The notes beneath the pieces were generated by a model. The model was given only the letters and a program-made list of their open reading frames with translations. It was not told the origin of the DNA and ran no database searches. From Prorocentrum cordatum (taxonomy: Eukaryota): DNA of 64,000 nucleotides. The DNA lies in NCBI GenBank assembly GCA_963575745.1, contig CAUYUJ010000001.1:62001-126000 (forward strand), in the 5' to 3' direction. Shown piece by piece: positions 47,189 to 57,303 of the stretch. The position numbers and the translations under genes were made by a program. How positions within the stretch are numbered: the first letter of the stretch is position 1; the number at the start of each line of letters is the position of its first letter.

Positions 47189-50100
47189 CGTCTGAGAAGT
47201 CCAGGCCTGGCTGCGGGGCGCGCTCCAGTGGCGCCAGTCAGGCACATTGCCCCATCGCTGCTCATCAATGGCGGCAGCGAGACATTTTCCCTCTCCGTCC
47301 TATCCCTGTGGAGCGGCGATCTGGTATCGCGTCGATGGGAGGTTCAGCCCGCGGACGGGCTGCAAAAGGTGCTGCCTGGAGAGAGTGGTACAACGATGCT
47401 GTGTCCACCCTCAACGACATGTACCACTGCGACCCTGATGACATGGTTGCTCCGCCTCCAGGTCTTCCTCCACGCGCTCGCAGCGACGCTGAAGAGTGCC
47501 TTGCTCAACAGTTTCGCGATTTTGAACTCCCCTCTGGATATTCCGAATCTCCTACCAGATGCGAGGCAGCCCTAGCAGAGTTGCTCGCGTCGGCGCCGGG
47601 GTACTCTGGTGAGTCTCGGGTAAGACCCTACAACAAGGAGCTCGTCTCCTGGCCGAAGCACGTGGCCCCCGTTCCCACGGCCGATCTCGTGTCCGACGCC
47701 GATCGTTCAACGTTGTCAGGGTGGAGGCAACAAATACTACGTGACCCTGCGGAGACAGCCGCTCTCAGGATGAACTCGGGCATCGGGTCGCCATACGTGG
47801 ATCCTCGCCTGCGGTTTCGCCCTCGGGAGCATGCTGATTTTTTGCTGCGCCTGGATCAGGCGGGCATGCTAGAGTTGGAAGTCGCCGAACGTCAGGCGGC
47901 GTACTCCACAGGTTTCTTCTTCGTCGAGAAGTCGAATGGCGTCAACCTGCGGCTCGTTTTTGATACGCGGGTGGCCAACATGTCCTTCTCTGCCCCTCCC
48001 TCTACGAGATTGCCGACTCCGTCGGCATGGAGTGCCCTCGAGGCGTCGAATGACTTCTACGTGGCGCAGGGTGACATCCAGTGCGCCTTTTATCACATGA
48101 AGCTGCCGCCCCAGCTGCACCGATACTTCTCCTTGCCAGTGGTCCAGAATCGGCACGCGGGTCTCCAGGTGATCAATGGTGTCAAGATCCCGACGAAGGC
48201 CTTTCTACAGCCGTTCGTGTCAGTGATGCCGATGGGTTGGTCGTGGGCTCTTCACTTCTGCCAGTCGGCTTTAACCGCGGCCATTCGCGACGCGGGGATC
48301 GATGACGATGCGATGCTGGTGGGCGGTGCAGCACCTCGTCCTCTGCGAAACGATACCGACGTCATCGCAGCGGGTTGCGTGGACAACTTCGCCACCGTGT
48401 CTCTCGATCCAGAGGTTGCCACCGCTTCGTGCCAGGCCATCCGCGACGTGCTGGTGGCGAGGGGCCTGCCCGTGGACGAGTTCGCCCCCGCGGCGCCTCG
48501 CGTCATCTTCACAGGCCTCGACATCCTGGGCGACGTGGGCGTCATCAGGTGCAAGGTGGACCGGTTGTGCAGGCTGCGCCAGGCCCTCCTCGGTCTACTC
48601 AGACGAGGCTATGCATCGCCGCTTGCGCTGTCCGCCGTGGTCGGTCATTGCACCTGGGGGATGATCACCAACAGGCCCATGCTGTCGATCTTCCATGCAG
48701 TCTACCGCTTCATGGGTCAGGACTCCCGTCGGGCTTTGCCGCTGTGGCCGTCAGTCGTCGCTGAGCTCCGCGCTGCTGCTTCCCTCATCCCTTTGTGGTG
48801 GGCTGATGTCAGGGCAGAGTGGGCGGCCACCACTTTCTGCAGCGACGCATCTCCCTACGGCATTGGCGTCTGTCGCAAGACCGTTGAGCAGGACGTGGCT
48901 GCAGCCGCAGGGCGATTGTCGGAGAGATGGCGCTACCGCTTCTCCGATGCCGTGCGCGCTCGTGCGCGCGCTTTGGGAGTCGACCCGAATGTTGTGTTGG
49001 AAGCGGCCGTGAGCAAAAACTGCCTCAAAGATTGCGAGCAGTGCCCGAGGCCTCCCGAGACCCATAGCAAGCCCCCGCTTACCGCATCATCATCACATCG
49101 AGGGATCGACGACGTTTCGCTGGACGGCTTCGACGAGGTTCCCGACTCGATCACGGCTCTCGACGGCTGGGCTACGATACACAGCGCACGTCATGCTAGG
49201 TTCGGTCTGGACATCATGCGATACGAGGCGGAGGCTCTGGGATTTGCGATGCGACACTCGGCTCGGTCTGGACGGCTTCGGCATCATCGCATCCTGTTCA
49301 CCGTCGACAATTTGGCTCTAGCCCTCGCTGCTGGCAAGGGGCGTTCTGGCGCCCGAGGGCTTCGTGATCCGCTACGTCGCCTCTGCGCCCTGTCGGCAGC
49401 CTCAGGCATTCGTCACGCAGTGCGATGGATCCCTAGCGAAAGCAATGCCGCTGACTCACCGTCGAGGACAGGCTTCTTTGTCGGGCCGACCTTTGAGGAG
49501 TACCAGGCGGCGGCCCCCCGAGCTTCGCCGCCACCGGGCTTCGACATCGACGGAGCTGAGGACCAAGACGCCGCCAAAGCCAGAACGGCTCGGGCAGGCA
49601 GCGCTCTCGGTCGTCGAGTCAGCCGCCGTGTCGGACACGACCATGGTCAACGACTGGGGCGCGGTCAAGAAGTTCGAGGAGTGGAGCCGTCAGACGCCCC
49701 AGACCATCACCACAGCGGCGGAGGTCGTTGTCATCCTAGTTACCTACTTCGTGAACCTCTTTCTGGTCAGTTTCGACGATGCTACGGGCCGAGTCGTGCT
49801 CGCCTCAGTGAAGCACTACCTGCGCCCGCCTATGGCGGGCACGGCGCTGTCCACGGGTGCGGCTCGCGCCTTGACAGGCTGGCGGAAGCTCGCGCCCCCG
49901 CAGATGCGACCCTCTCTTCCACGGGCGGCGATGGCCTCCATGGTGGGCGTCCTCGGTTCGTGGAAGCTCTTCGGCATGGCAGTGTTCATCAGGCTGATGA
50001 TCGACGCCTACCCGACGACCAACGCGGCCTATCGCCTGTCAGCGGGCGGCGTTCTTCGACCAAGACCCGATGCCACTCTCGGATACGGACGTCTGGCCCT

Positions 50101-51228
50101 GATCGTCTACGGCGCCTGCTTCGATCGCCCTGGGAAGACAGAGGATCGGCATGGGGGTGCGGCCGACGACTGCCCACCTCGTCGTCGCACCAGGGAGGAG
50201 GCCAAGGACCGCGGCCAGTGGAGAACGGACCCGAGCCTCTCCCGCCACACCAAGAGGGCTCGAGTGCTGCAGCAGATTGCCACTTTAGACCAGATCCTGA
50301 TCGGCCGTGGGCACGGGGTGGACTCGCTGATGGACGATCTCATGCTGCAGACCACCACCACGGGCGTCTTCTCTCTGCGACGGCCGCTTGCCGCGACGCC
50401 GACACCGCCAGCGGTCAGGCATCCGCCTCCGCAAGTGACAGCGCGGTGGGCCTCCGCCTGACACGGATTTGGCGTGCAGCCAGACGCGCGGCGACGCGGT
50501 CCAGGTACCTGCCCGCCTTGGTGGTTGGCGGCGACGGCGGCGCGGCTCGCGCGCTGCAGCGCCTCGGCTTCGGCGTGCTGCACTTGAGCGTGAGACGCCA
50601 GGCCACTGATGGCATCACAGATCCTTTAGTGATGAAGCGTGTGCTAGGCTGGATCCGTGCAGGCTGCATTTCGCGCGCGCGGGTGGGGCCCGACACGACT
50701 ACTTGGCTTCCTCAGAAGCCCGCTGTCCGTAGCATAGCTCGTCCCAACGGCCTGCCGATTTTGTCTAGTGCCCAGCTTCGATCAATTCACATTGCGAATC
50801 TATTTTGCAGTCAGTACGTGCGCCTCCTGTCACTATGTAGCAGCAATAAAGTTCCTGCCGCGCTGTGTCATCCAGATGCGTCTTTTATCTGGGATGTCCC
50901 AGCCTGCGCCGCTCTCGTTAGCCAGTGTTTGTCTGCTGCTGCTTTTGATGCATGTATGTTTGCTGGCCGTGTAAAGAGAAGATTTCGATTGGTGAGCTGG
51001 CATGTTAAGGACATGAATTCTCTTTCTGCTATCTGTTCGCCTGCCGACTCGCTCTGTTGTCGATCTGGGAAACGACATCTTGGCGAGCTCGGCATCCCAT
51101 CTCTAGATCGTCAGGTCCGCAGCAAAGCGTCGCGGCCCCCCGTCAATGTTCTAAGATGTGCCTGCGACAGGATGGCTCTCAGTGTTGATTCGCTTCGCTA
51201 CGTCGCTCAGCAGATCAAAACTATGTGA
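47185..51228 (+). CDS. YR-A pol: DIRS-type RT + RNase H, read through to a degenerate DNMT-like C-terminus
   Basis: RT: FFVEKS..LRLVFDTR, GDIQCAFY, MPMGWSWA, CVDNF. RNase H: SDAS, YEAEAL, VDN, WIPSESNAADSPSR. C-terminus: ITDP..VLGWIRAG, GPDTTTW, CHPDASFIW, DACMF. Confidence 0.85.
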   Translation: MTSEKSRPGCGARSSGASQAHCPIAAHQWRQRDIFPLRPIPVERRSGIASMGGSARGRAAKGAAWREWYNDAVSTLNDMYHCDPDDMVAPPPGLPPRARSDAEECLAQQFRDFELPSGYSESPTRCEAALAELLASAPGYSGESRVRPYNKELVSWPKHVAPVPTADLVSDADRSTLSGWRQQILRDPAETAALRMNSGIGSPYVDPRLRFRPREHADFLLRLDQAGMLELEVAERQAAYSTGFFFVEKSNGVNLRLVFDTRVANMSFSAPPSTRLPTPSAWSALEASNDFYVAQGDIQCAFYHMKLPPQLHRYFSLPVVQNRHAGLQVINGVKIPTKAFLQPFVSVMPMGWSWALHFCQSALTAAIRDAGIDDDAMLVGGAAPRPLRNDTDVIAAGCVDNFATVSLDPEVATASCQAIRDVLVARGLPVDEFAPAAPRVIFTGLDILGDVGVIRCKVDRLCRLRQALLGLLRRGYASPLALSAVVGHCTWGMITNRPMLSIFHAVYRFMGQDSRRALPLWPSVVAELRAAASLIPLWWADVRAEWAATTFCSDASPYGIGVCRKTVEQDVAAAAGRLSERWRYRFSDAVRARARALGVDPNVVLEAAVSKNCLKDCEQCPRPPETHSKPPLTASSSHRGIDDVSLDGFDEVPDSITALDGWATIHSARHARFGLDIMRYEAEALGFAMRHSARSGRLRHHRILFTVDNLALALAAGKGRSGARGLRDPLRRLCALSAASGIRHAVRWIPSESNAADSPSRTGFFVGPTFEEYQAAAPRASPPPGFDIDGAEDQDAAKARTARAGSALGRRVSRRVGHDHGQRLGRGQEVRGVEPSDAPDHHHSGGGRCHPSYLLREPLSGQFRRCYGPSRARLSEALPAPAYGGHGAVHGCGSRLDRLAEARAPADATLSSTGGDGLHGGRPRFVEALRHGSVHQADDRRLPDDQRGLSPVSGRRSSTKTRCHSRIRTSGPDRLRRLLRSPWEDRGSAWGCGRRLPTSSSHQGGGQGPRPVENGPEPLPPHQEGSSAAADCHFRPDPDRPWARGGLADGRSHAADHHHGRLLSATAACRDADTASGQASASASDSAVGLRLTRIWRAARRAATRSRYLPALVVGGDGGAARALQRLGFGVLHLSVRRQATDGITDPLVMKRVLGWIRAGCISRARVGPDTTTWLPQKPAVRSIARPNGLPILSSAQLRSIHIANLFCSQYVRLLSLCSSNKVPAALCHPDASFIWDVPACAALVSQCLSAAAFDACMFAGRVKRRFRLVSWHVKDMNSLSAICSPADSLCCRSGKRHLGELGIPSLDRQVRSKASRPPVNVLRCACDRMALSVDSLRYVAQQIKTM
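49560..50461 (+). pseudogene. YR-A tyrosine recombinase (overlapping frame, internally deleted, likely inactive)
   Basis: RALTGWRKLAP, DAYPTTNAAYRL (LRPSE lost), RPGKT fused almost directly to RHGGAADD, DRGQWRT, SRHTK (catalytic Tyr replaced). YR-B retains the segment deleted here. Start is approximate. Confidence 0.75.
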
Positions 51229-51551
51229 AAATTCAGTCAATGCGGCTTTCAGCCAGTGTGATGGGCTAGCCTAAGTACCTGGTGCATGCTTCCGCCGCCC
51301 TCGCCTGTTGCCGTGTCCTTTGCACAAAAAGGGACCCCCTGGCCTCGAGAGTTGCCCACATATTGCTGCCCGCGGCTTTTTGTGGCTCTCTTTCGGGCCG
51401 CACTACCATTCTCAAGCTTCTCCCGCCCACCCTTTGTCCCGCTCTAGAATGCCTTTCCTGGTGCATGGCGCCAGCATGCTCCCGCCGTCCTCGCCTGTTG
51501 CCGTGTCCTTTGCACAAAAAGGGACCCCCTGGCCTCGAGAGTTGCCCACAT

Positions 51552-52100
51552 CATCATCATCATCAGCATCAGCATCAGCATCATCAACATCAACATCATC
51601 ATCATAATCATCATCAGCATCATCATCATCATCGTCATCATCATCATCATCATCATCAACCTCAACATCAACATCAACATCATCATCCTCGTCCTCATCC
51701 TCATCCTCATCCTCATCGAGTTTCTCGTCATCTTCGCCCTCCTCCTCCCCCTCCTGTTCCTCCTGCTCCTCCTCCTCCTCCTCCTTCTCCTCCTCCTCCT
51801 CCTCCTCCTCCTCGATCGCTCTCCCTCCTCGAGCGTTCTACGTCCCAGATCGCTCATCCACCCCTCAGCGGCGCCTCTGGGAGGGAGGTCCCGAGCGTGT
51901 CGTAGAGCGCCACCTCCTCTGCGATCAGCCTTCCTCCCCGATCGGTCGTCCTCGTCCTCCTCGGCCCGTCTTCAAGTTCTATTCTTTGATTAGGAGCTTC
52001 CAGGCAGTTGATTCGGATCCTCTCGATTCTTCCCTCCTCCTCCTCCTCCTCCTCCTCCTCCTGGTCCTCCTGGTCCTCCTCCTCCTCGTGGTCCTCCTCC
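51552..52100. repeat. (CAT)n then (CCT)n microsatellites
   Basis: Directly visible; abuts the right end of YR-A. Confidence 0.9.
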
Positions 52101-53342
52101 TCCTTCTCTTCCCCGATCGGTCTCCCTCCTCGACCCATCTTCCTCCTCGATCGTTCCACGCTCCCCATCGTTCAGCATTGAGGAAATGGGTCCCGTGGGA
52201 GGCTCTCGGTGTGTTTGTTCCTCCTCCTCCTCTTCCCCCTCCTCCCGAGCCTAGAGAAGAGGAGGAGCAGAAAGAGGAGGAGGAGCAGGAGGAGGAGGAG
52301 GACTCGCGAGGACGGGTCCGCGAGACTCGAGGCCCCCCCCCCTCGCGAGGCCTTCTCCAGCGGCCATCTCTTCCTCCTGAGCCGTTGTCTGCTTCTCCGG
52401 GGGCCCGCGGAGGGCCCCGGGAGCTTGAGCAAACAGCGACGAAACTCGGGGCAAGTCGGCCGCGGCTGGCCGTTGCCGTCGCCGTCGGCCGCCGCCGTCG
52501 CCGCCGTCGTCGTCGAGATTCGGGGCGAGGATCGGTCACGCGCCGAGGGGGGCACGGGGAGGGGGGAGGGCTTCTTACGGGCACGCCTAGAAGGCTGAGG
52601 AGCAGCCTCCTCCTGAGAGGCCTCCCCCTCCCTACCCCCATAGCGCCGCCAAGAGGAGGAGGAGGAAGAGGGTTGAGGAAGAGGGCGAAAAGGACGAGAA
52701 ACCTGAGGAGGAGGCGGAGGAAGAAGAGGAGGATGAAGATCGGGTATAACCAGAACCCCAGGTAAGGGGACCCGGTTAGTGGCAGGGCCCCGGAGCCATT
52801 GAATTGGCCAGAATCACTAAACCAGGTCTGCGGTAGTTGGTGTTTCTTCGGGTGACGATAGTTCCGGATAGTGGAACGGGGCGGAGGGGGCGTTCCCCAG
52901 TACACATCACTAAACCAGGTTCGATTAAACCCAGTTCTGAGAAGATGAGAATGAAGAGGAGAAGGAGGGCTGAAAGGATAAGAAACTTGAGAAGGAATCG
53001 GAGGAAGAAGAGGAGGATGAAGAGGATGAAGAGGAGAAGGAGAAAGAGGAGGAGGAGGGCGAAAAGGACGAAAAGCCTGAGGAGGAGGCGGAGAAAGAGG
53101 AGGAGGAAGAAGAGGAGGATGAAGAGGAGGATGAAGAGGAGGCGGAGGAGGAGGAGGAGGAGGAGGAGGAGGAGGTGAGGAGGAGGAGGAGGAGGAGGAG
53201 GGCGACGAGGACGAGAAACTTGAGGAGGAGGAGGATGAAGGAGGAGGAGGAGGAGGAGGAGGACCCATTCCCTTCATGGCTGCTCGGTCCTCCGCCTCGA
53301 GCGCTCCTCCGCCCCGCGGCGCCCCCCGAGAGAGAGAGAGAG

Positions 53343-53410
53343 GCCCCGGGCGCGTGGTGGAGCGCCTCTACCGCGAGGTGCGGGCCCAGGCCATCCCCGG
53401 CGGCTCCGAG
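53343..53410 (+). CDS. Acyl-CoA dehydrogenase, exon E
   Basis: AG|GC CCC GGG CGC... = (G)PGRVVERLYREVRAQAIPGGSE, the ACAD 'ERLYR..R...I..G(T/S)' motif; phase 1 matches exon D; GAG|GC donor. The final exon(s) must lie beyond the window. Confidence 0.9.
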
Positions 53411-54047
53411 GCCGCGGGCGACGGCGAAGAGAACGAGGGGGCCGAGGAGGAGCAGGAGAAGGTTGACAACGACGACGACGACGACGAGGACGGCGAAGAA
53501 AACGAGGTTGCCGAGCCGGGGGAGGAGGACCACGACGACGAGGACGGCGAGGAAAACGAGGCGCCGAGCAGGAGGAGGAGGAGGAGGAGGAGGAGGAGGA
53601 GGAGGAGGAGGAGGAGGAGGAGGAGGAGGGAGGAGGAGGACGCCGCCGACGACGACGACGACGGCAAAGAGAACGAGTTGTCGAGCAGGGAGAGGACGCT
53701 GACGACGACGAGGACGACGACGACGACAACGACGACGACGACGACGACGAGGACGGCGGTGAGAACGAGGGGGCCGAGCAGGGGGAGGAGGACCGCGACA
53801 ACGAAGACACGACGACGACGACGACGAGGACGGCGATCAGAACTAGGGAGGAGGAGGACGAGGTCGAGGAGACTAGAGGAGGGGAGAACGGCGGACGAGG
53901 ACGAGGAAACCGGAAGACGGGAGGAGGAGGAGGAGGAGGAGGAGGCGGAGGAGGAGGAGGAGGAGGAGGAGGAGGAGGAGGAGGAGGAGGAGGAGGAGGG
54001 GAGAACGGCGGGGACGACGGCGACGAGGACGAGGACGACAAGGACGA

Positions 54048-54079
<32 letters not shown>

Positions 54080-54986
54080 ATGACGACGAGGCCTAGGGCG
54101 AAGAGAACAAGGTTGCCGAGCAGGAGGAGGAGGACGACGACGACGAAGACGACGACGACGAGGACGCCGAGGAGAAAGAGGGGACCCATCAGGAGGAGGC
54201 GGAGGAGGAGGAGGACGTCGACGACGTTGACGACGGCGACGAGGACGGCGAAGAGAACGAGGGCCGAGGACGACGACGCCGTCGACGACCACGACGAGGA
54301 CGAGGACCACGACGACGACGACGACGACGACGAGGACGACGAGAACGAGGGGGACGACGACGACGTCGACCAGGACGAGGGACGACGACGAGGAAGACGA
54401 CGACGACAACAAGGACGGCGAGGAAAACGAGGGGGCCGAGCAGGAGGACGTCGACTGCGACGACGGCGAAGACGACGACGACGACGACGACGACCACGAC
54501 CGCGACGACGACGACGACGACGGCGAGGTCGGCGAAGAGAACGAGGGGGCCGAGCAGGGGGAGGAGGAAGAGGACGTCGACGAGGACAGCCAGGAGAACA
54601 AGGGGACCGACCAGGAGGAGGACGGCGACGACGACGACGACGACGACGAGGACGGCGAGGAGGACGAGGTTGTCGAGCAGGAGCAGGAGGCAGACGACGA
54701 CGAAGACTGCGAGGAGAACGAAGTGGCCGAGGAGCAGGATGAGGACGACAACGACGAGGACGACGGGGACGGCGAAGAGAACGAGGTTGCCGAGCAGGCG
54801 GATGAGGATGAAGAAGAGGACGAGGACGACGACGACGACCACGTCGACGATGCTGACGACTACGACTACGACGATGACGACGAGGAGGACGGCGATGAGA
54901 ACAAGGGGGCCGAGGAGGACGAGGAGGACGAGGGAGAGGAGGAGGAGGAGGAGGAGGAGGAGGAGGAGGAGGAGGAGGAGGAGGAG

Positions 54987-55022
<36 letters not shown>

Positions 55023-55379
55023 TGCGGCGACGACGAGGGCGGCGGCGACGACGGCGAAGGGAGGAGGAGAAAATCAGGACGACGACGACGAGGACGGCGA
55101 GGAGAACGAGGGAGCCCAGGAGGAGGATGAGGAGGACGACAACGACGACGACGACAACGACCACGACGACGACGACGAAGACGACGAGGACGACGACGAC
55201 GAGGACGGCGAGGAGAACAAGGCCGCCGAGGAGGAGGACGACGACGACGAGGATGGCGACGACAACGAGGGGGCCGAGCACAAGGAGAAGGAGGAGGAGG
55301 AGGAGGACGACGAGGAGGACGACGACGAGGAGGACAACGTCGACGACGACGACGACGACGACCGACGACCAACGACGAC

Positions 55380-55436
<57 letters not shown>

Positions 55437-55728
55437 TAGTAGGAGGGCGAGAAAGGCGAGGAGAACGAGGGGGCCGAGCAGGAGGAGGAGGAGGACGACG
55501 ACCACGAGGACGACGACGACGGCGAGGACAGCGAAGGAAACGAAGGTGCCGAGTAGGAGGAGGAGGACCACGACGACGACGAGGAGGACGGCGAGGACAG
55601 CGAGGGGGCCGAGCAGGAGGAGGAGGAGGAGGAGGAGGACGACGACGAGGACGGCGAAGAGGACGAGCGGGCCGAGGAGATGGAGGACGACGACGAGGAC
55701 GACGACCGAGGACGACGACGACGACGAA

Positions 55729-55764
<36 letters not shown>

Positions 55765-55770
55765 GACGAG

Positions 55771-55812
<42 letters not shown>
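53411..55812. repeat. Complex GAG/GAC minisatellite with recurring unit GAGGACGGCGAGGAGAACGAGG(GG/TT)GCCGAGCAG (left part)
   Basis: The unit recurs many times in shifting frames. Confidence 0.9.
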
Positions 55813-55834
55813 TCCGTAGGCATTTTGGCTCAAG
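55813..55834 (+). other. DinoSL (21/22) at the 5' end of LINE-C
   Basis: TCCGTAGGCATTTTGGCTCAAG directly after (GAC)n. Confidence 0.92.
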
Positions 55835-55965
55835 GCCATGGTGATCCCGACGACCGCGAGTCCTTCGGGCGCTGTCGAGCGCGAGGGACGCCGCGCCCTG
55901 GGCCAGCTTCTTGCTTCGTTTCTTCGATGCAGCGTGGCCAGGCGGAGCGCGCGGGGCCTGCAACC

Positions 55966-57303
55966 ATGTCGGGCGACGGAACTGGAGCGCCGCCAACCTG
56001 GAGGCGCAGGGTGTACTGGGTCTGCCAGTGCAAGGAGTGGAACTGGTGTGACAAGAGGGCGACCTGCAAGTCGTGCGGGAAGGAGGCGCCAGCGTGGGCG
56101 AAGCGCCTGCGCGCGGTGCACCAGCCCCAGGCCGACGGGGAGGGCTTCGTCCAGCAGCCCAGGGGGCGTTCGCACCGGCGTGCAGCGCGCCGAGCTGGTG
56201 ACGCCTCTAGGACAGCCTCGGCCGCCAGCACCGTGCCGAGCAGCGCGCCCAACAGCAGGGGGCGGCCGCGGGGCGGAGCCAAGCCGCCGCCTTGGCGTGA
56301 GGAGCGCGAGGAGCAACCAGAGGAGCCCGCGTCGAGTCTGGAGCGCAGGCTCGAGGAAGCCCAGGCTCGCATCTCCAGCCTCCGCGAGGCGGTCGCCGTG
56401 GAGGGGACCAGCGAGGCCTTCCAGCGAGAGGCCATGGCGGCCCTCCTCGCAGCGGAGGCTTCGGCCGAGAGGGCAGAGGCCGAGCTCCGCGAGGCCCAGC
56501 GGCTCGGGAGGCCCCCCCACGCCGTCCTCCACGGAGGCGCCAACGCCATGCAGAAGGTCGAGAAGCAGATCACTGCAACCAGAGCCAAGCGTGAGCAGGC
56601 CGTGCAGCGAGCTGAGTCCCTCAGGGGGAAGATTGCGGCGACGCAAGAAGAGCTGGCCGAGGCCGAGTCCGCGGTCGAGGACTTCGACCGCCAGCTGGGC
56701 AAGCTCGAGGAGTCGAAGGCTCAGACAGTCCAGCAGGCGCTCCAGCGGGCCATTGAGGTGTGCGGAGGCCAGCGGCCCCTGGAGACCGCGGTCGGGGGCC
56801 TCGTCACCCAGGTCAGCCAGCTGGGTGAGATGCTCGGCCGCAACTCGGATGGCGTCGCGCCCAGGCCCCTGGAGATCATGGACATCATCACCACGCAGAG
56901 CGCAGCCATCTCGGACATGCTCCACCCCGCTGCGCCTGCTGCCGCGGCCTCGCGCTGGGCCGACGGCCTTGGCGGGGACGGGCTCGCCGTCGACGACGAG
57001 GAAGGCCCCCCCGCCCCAGCCGCTGGGGCCTCTGCCCCCGCGGTGCAGCGGCCGCCAGCGGAGACCGCAGGGCAGCAGGTGCGGCCAGGCCCGCCCACCC
57101 AGCGGGCGAGCCCAGCAGTGGGGCCCTACGGGCCAGCCGCTGCCCGCGGGCAGTCAGGCGCGGCGCTCGGCGCTTGGCCCCGGCCTGGCCAGGCCGAGCG
57201 CAGAATCCTTGAGGATGCCAGGGACGAGCACGAGGATGGCCAGGCCTTGGCTACCCTGGCAACTGCTGGGGGCTACGCTCCTATGGGCCCTCGTCGCTCC
57301 TAG
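55966..57303 (+). CDS. LINE-C ORF1 (RanBP2-like zinc finger + coiled coil)
   Basis: YWVCQCKEWNWCDKRATCKSC and a long E/A/Q heptad region; alternative ATG at 55927. Confidence 0.72.
   Translation: MSGDGTGAPPTWRRRVYWVCQCKEWNWCDKRATCKSCGKEAPAWAKRLRAVHQPQADGEGFVQQPRGRSHRRAARRAGDASRTASAASTVPSSAPNSRGRPRGGAKPPPWREEREEQPEEPASSLERRLEEAQARISSLREAVAVEGTSEAFQREAMAALLAAEASAERAEAELREAQRLGRPPHAVLHGGANAMQKVEKQITATRAKREQAVQRAESLRGKIAATQEELAEAESAVEDFDRQLGKLEESKAQTVQQALQRAIEVCGGQRPLETAVGGLVTQVSQLGEMLGRNSDGVAPRPLEIMDIITTQSAAISDMLHPAAPAAAASRWADGLGGDGLAVDDEEGPPAPAAGASAPAVQRPPAETAGQQVRPGPPTQRASPAVGPYGPAAARGQSGAALGAWPRPGQAERRILEDARDEHEDGQALATLATAGGYAPMGPRRS

Larger units (their letters stand above)
45508..51551 (+). 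mobile_element. YR-A: complete tyrosine-recombinase retrotransposon with split direct repeats (A1-ORFs-B1-A2-B2; PAT/Ngaro-type layout)
   Basis: A1 45508-45571 is identical to A2 51359-51422 (64 bp). B1 51284-51361 matches B2 51474-51551 (78 bp, 2 mismatches). Encodes gag-like, RT, RNase H, YR and DNMT-like regions. Confidence 0.92.
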
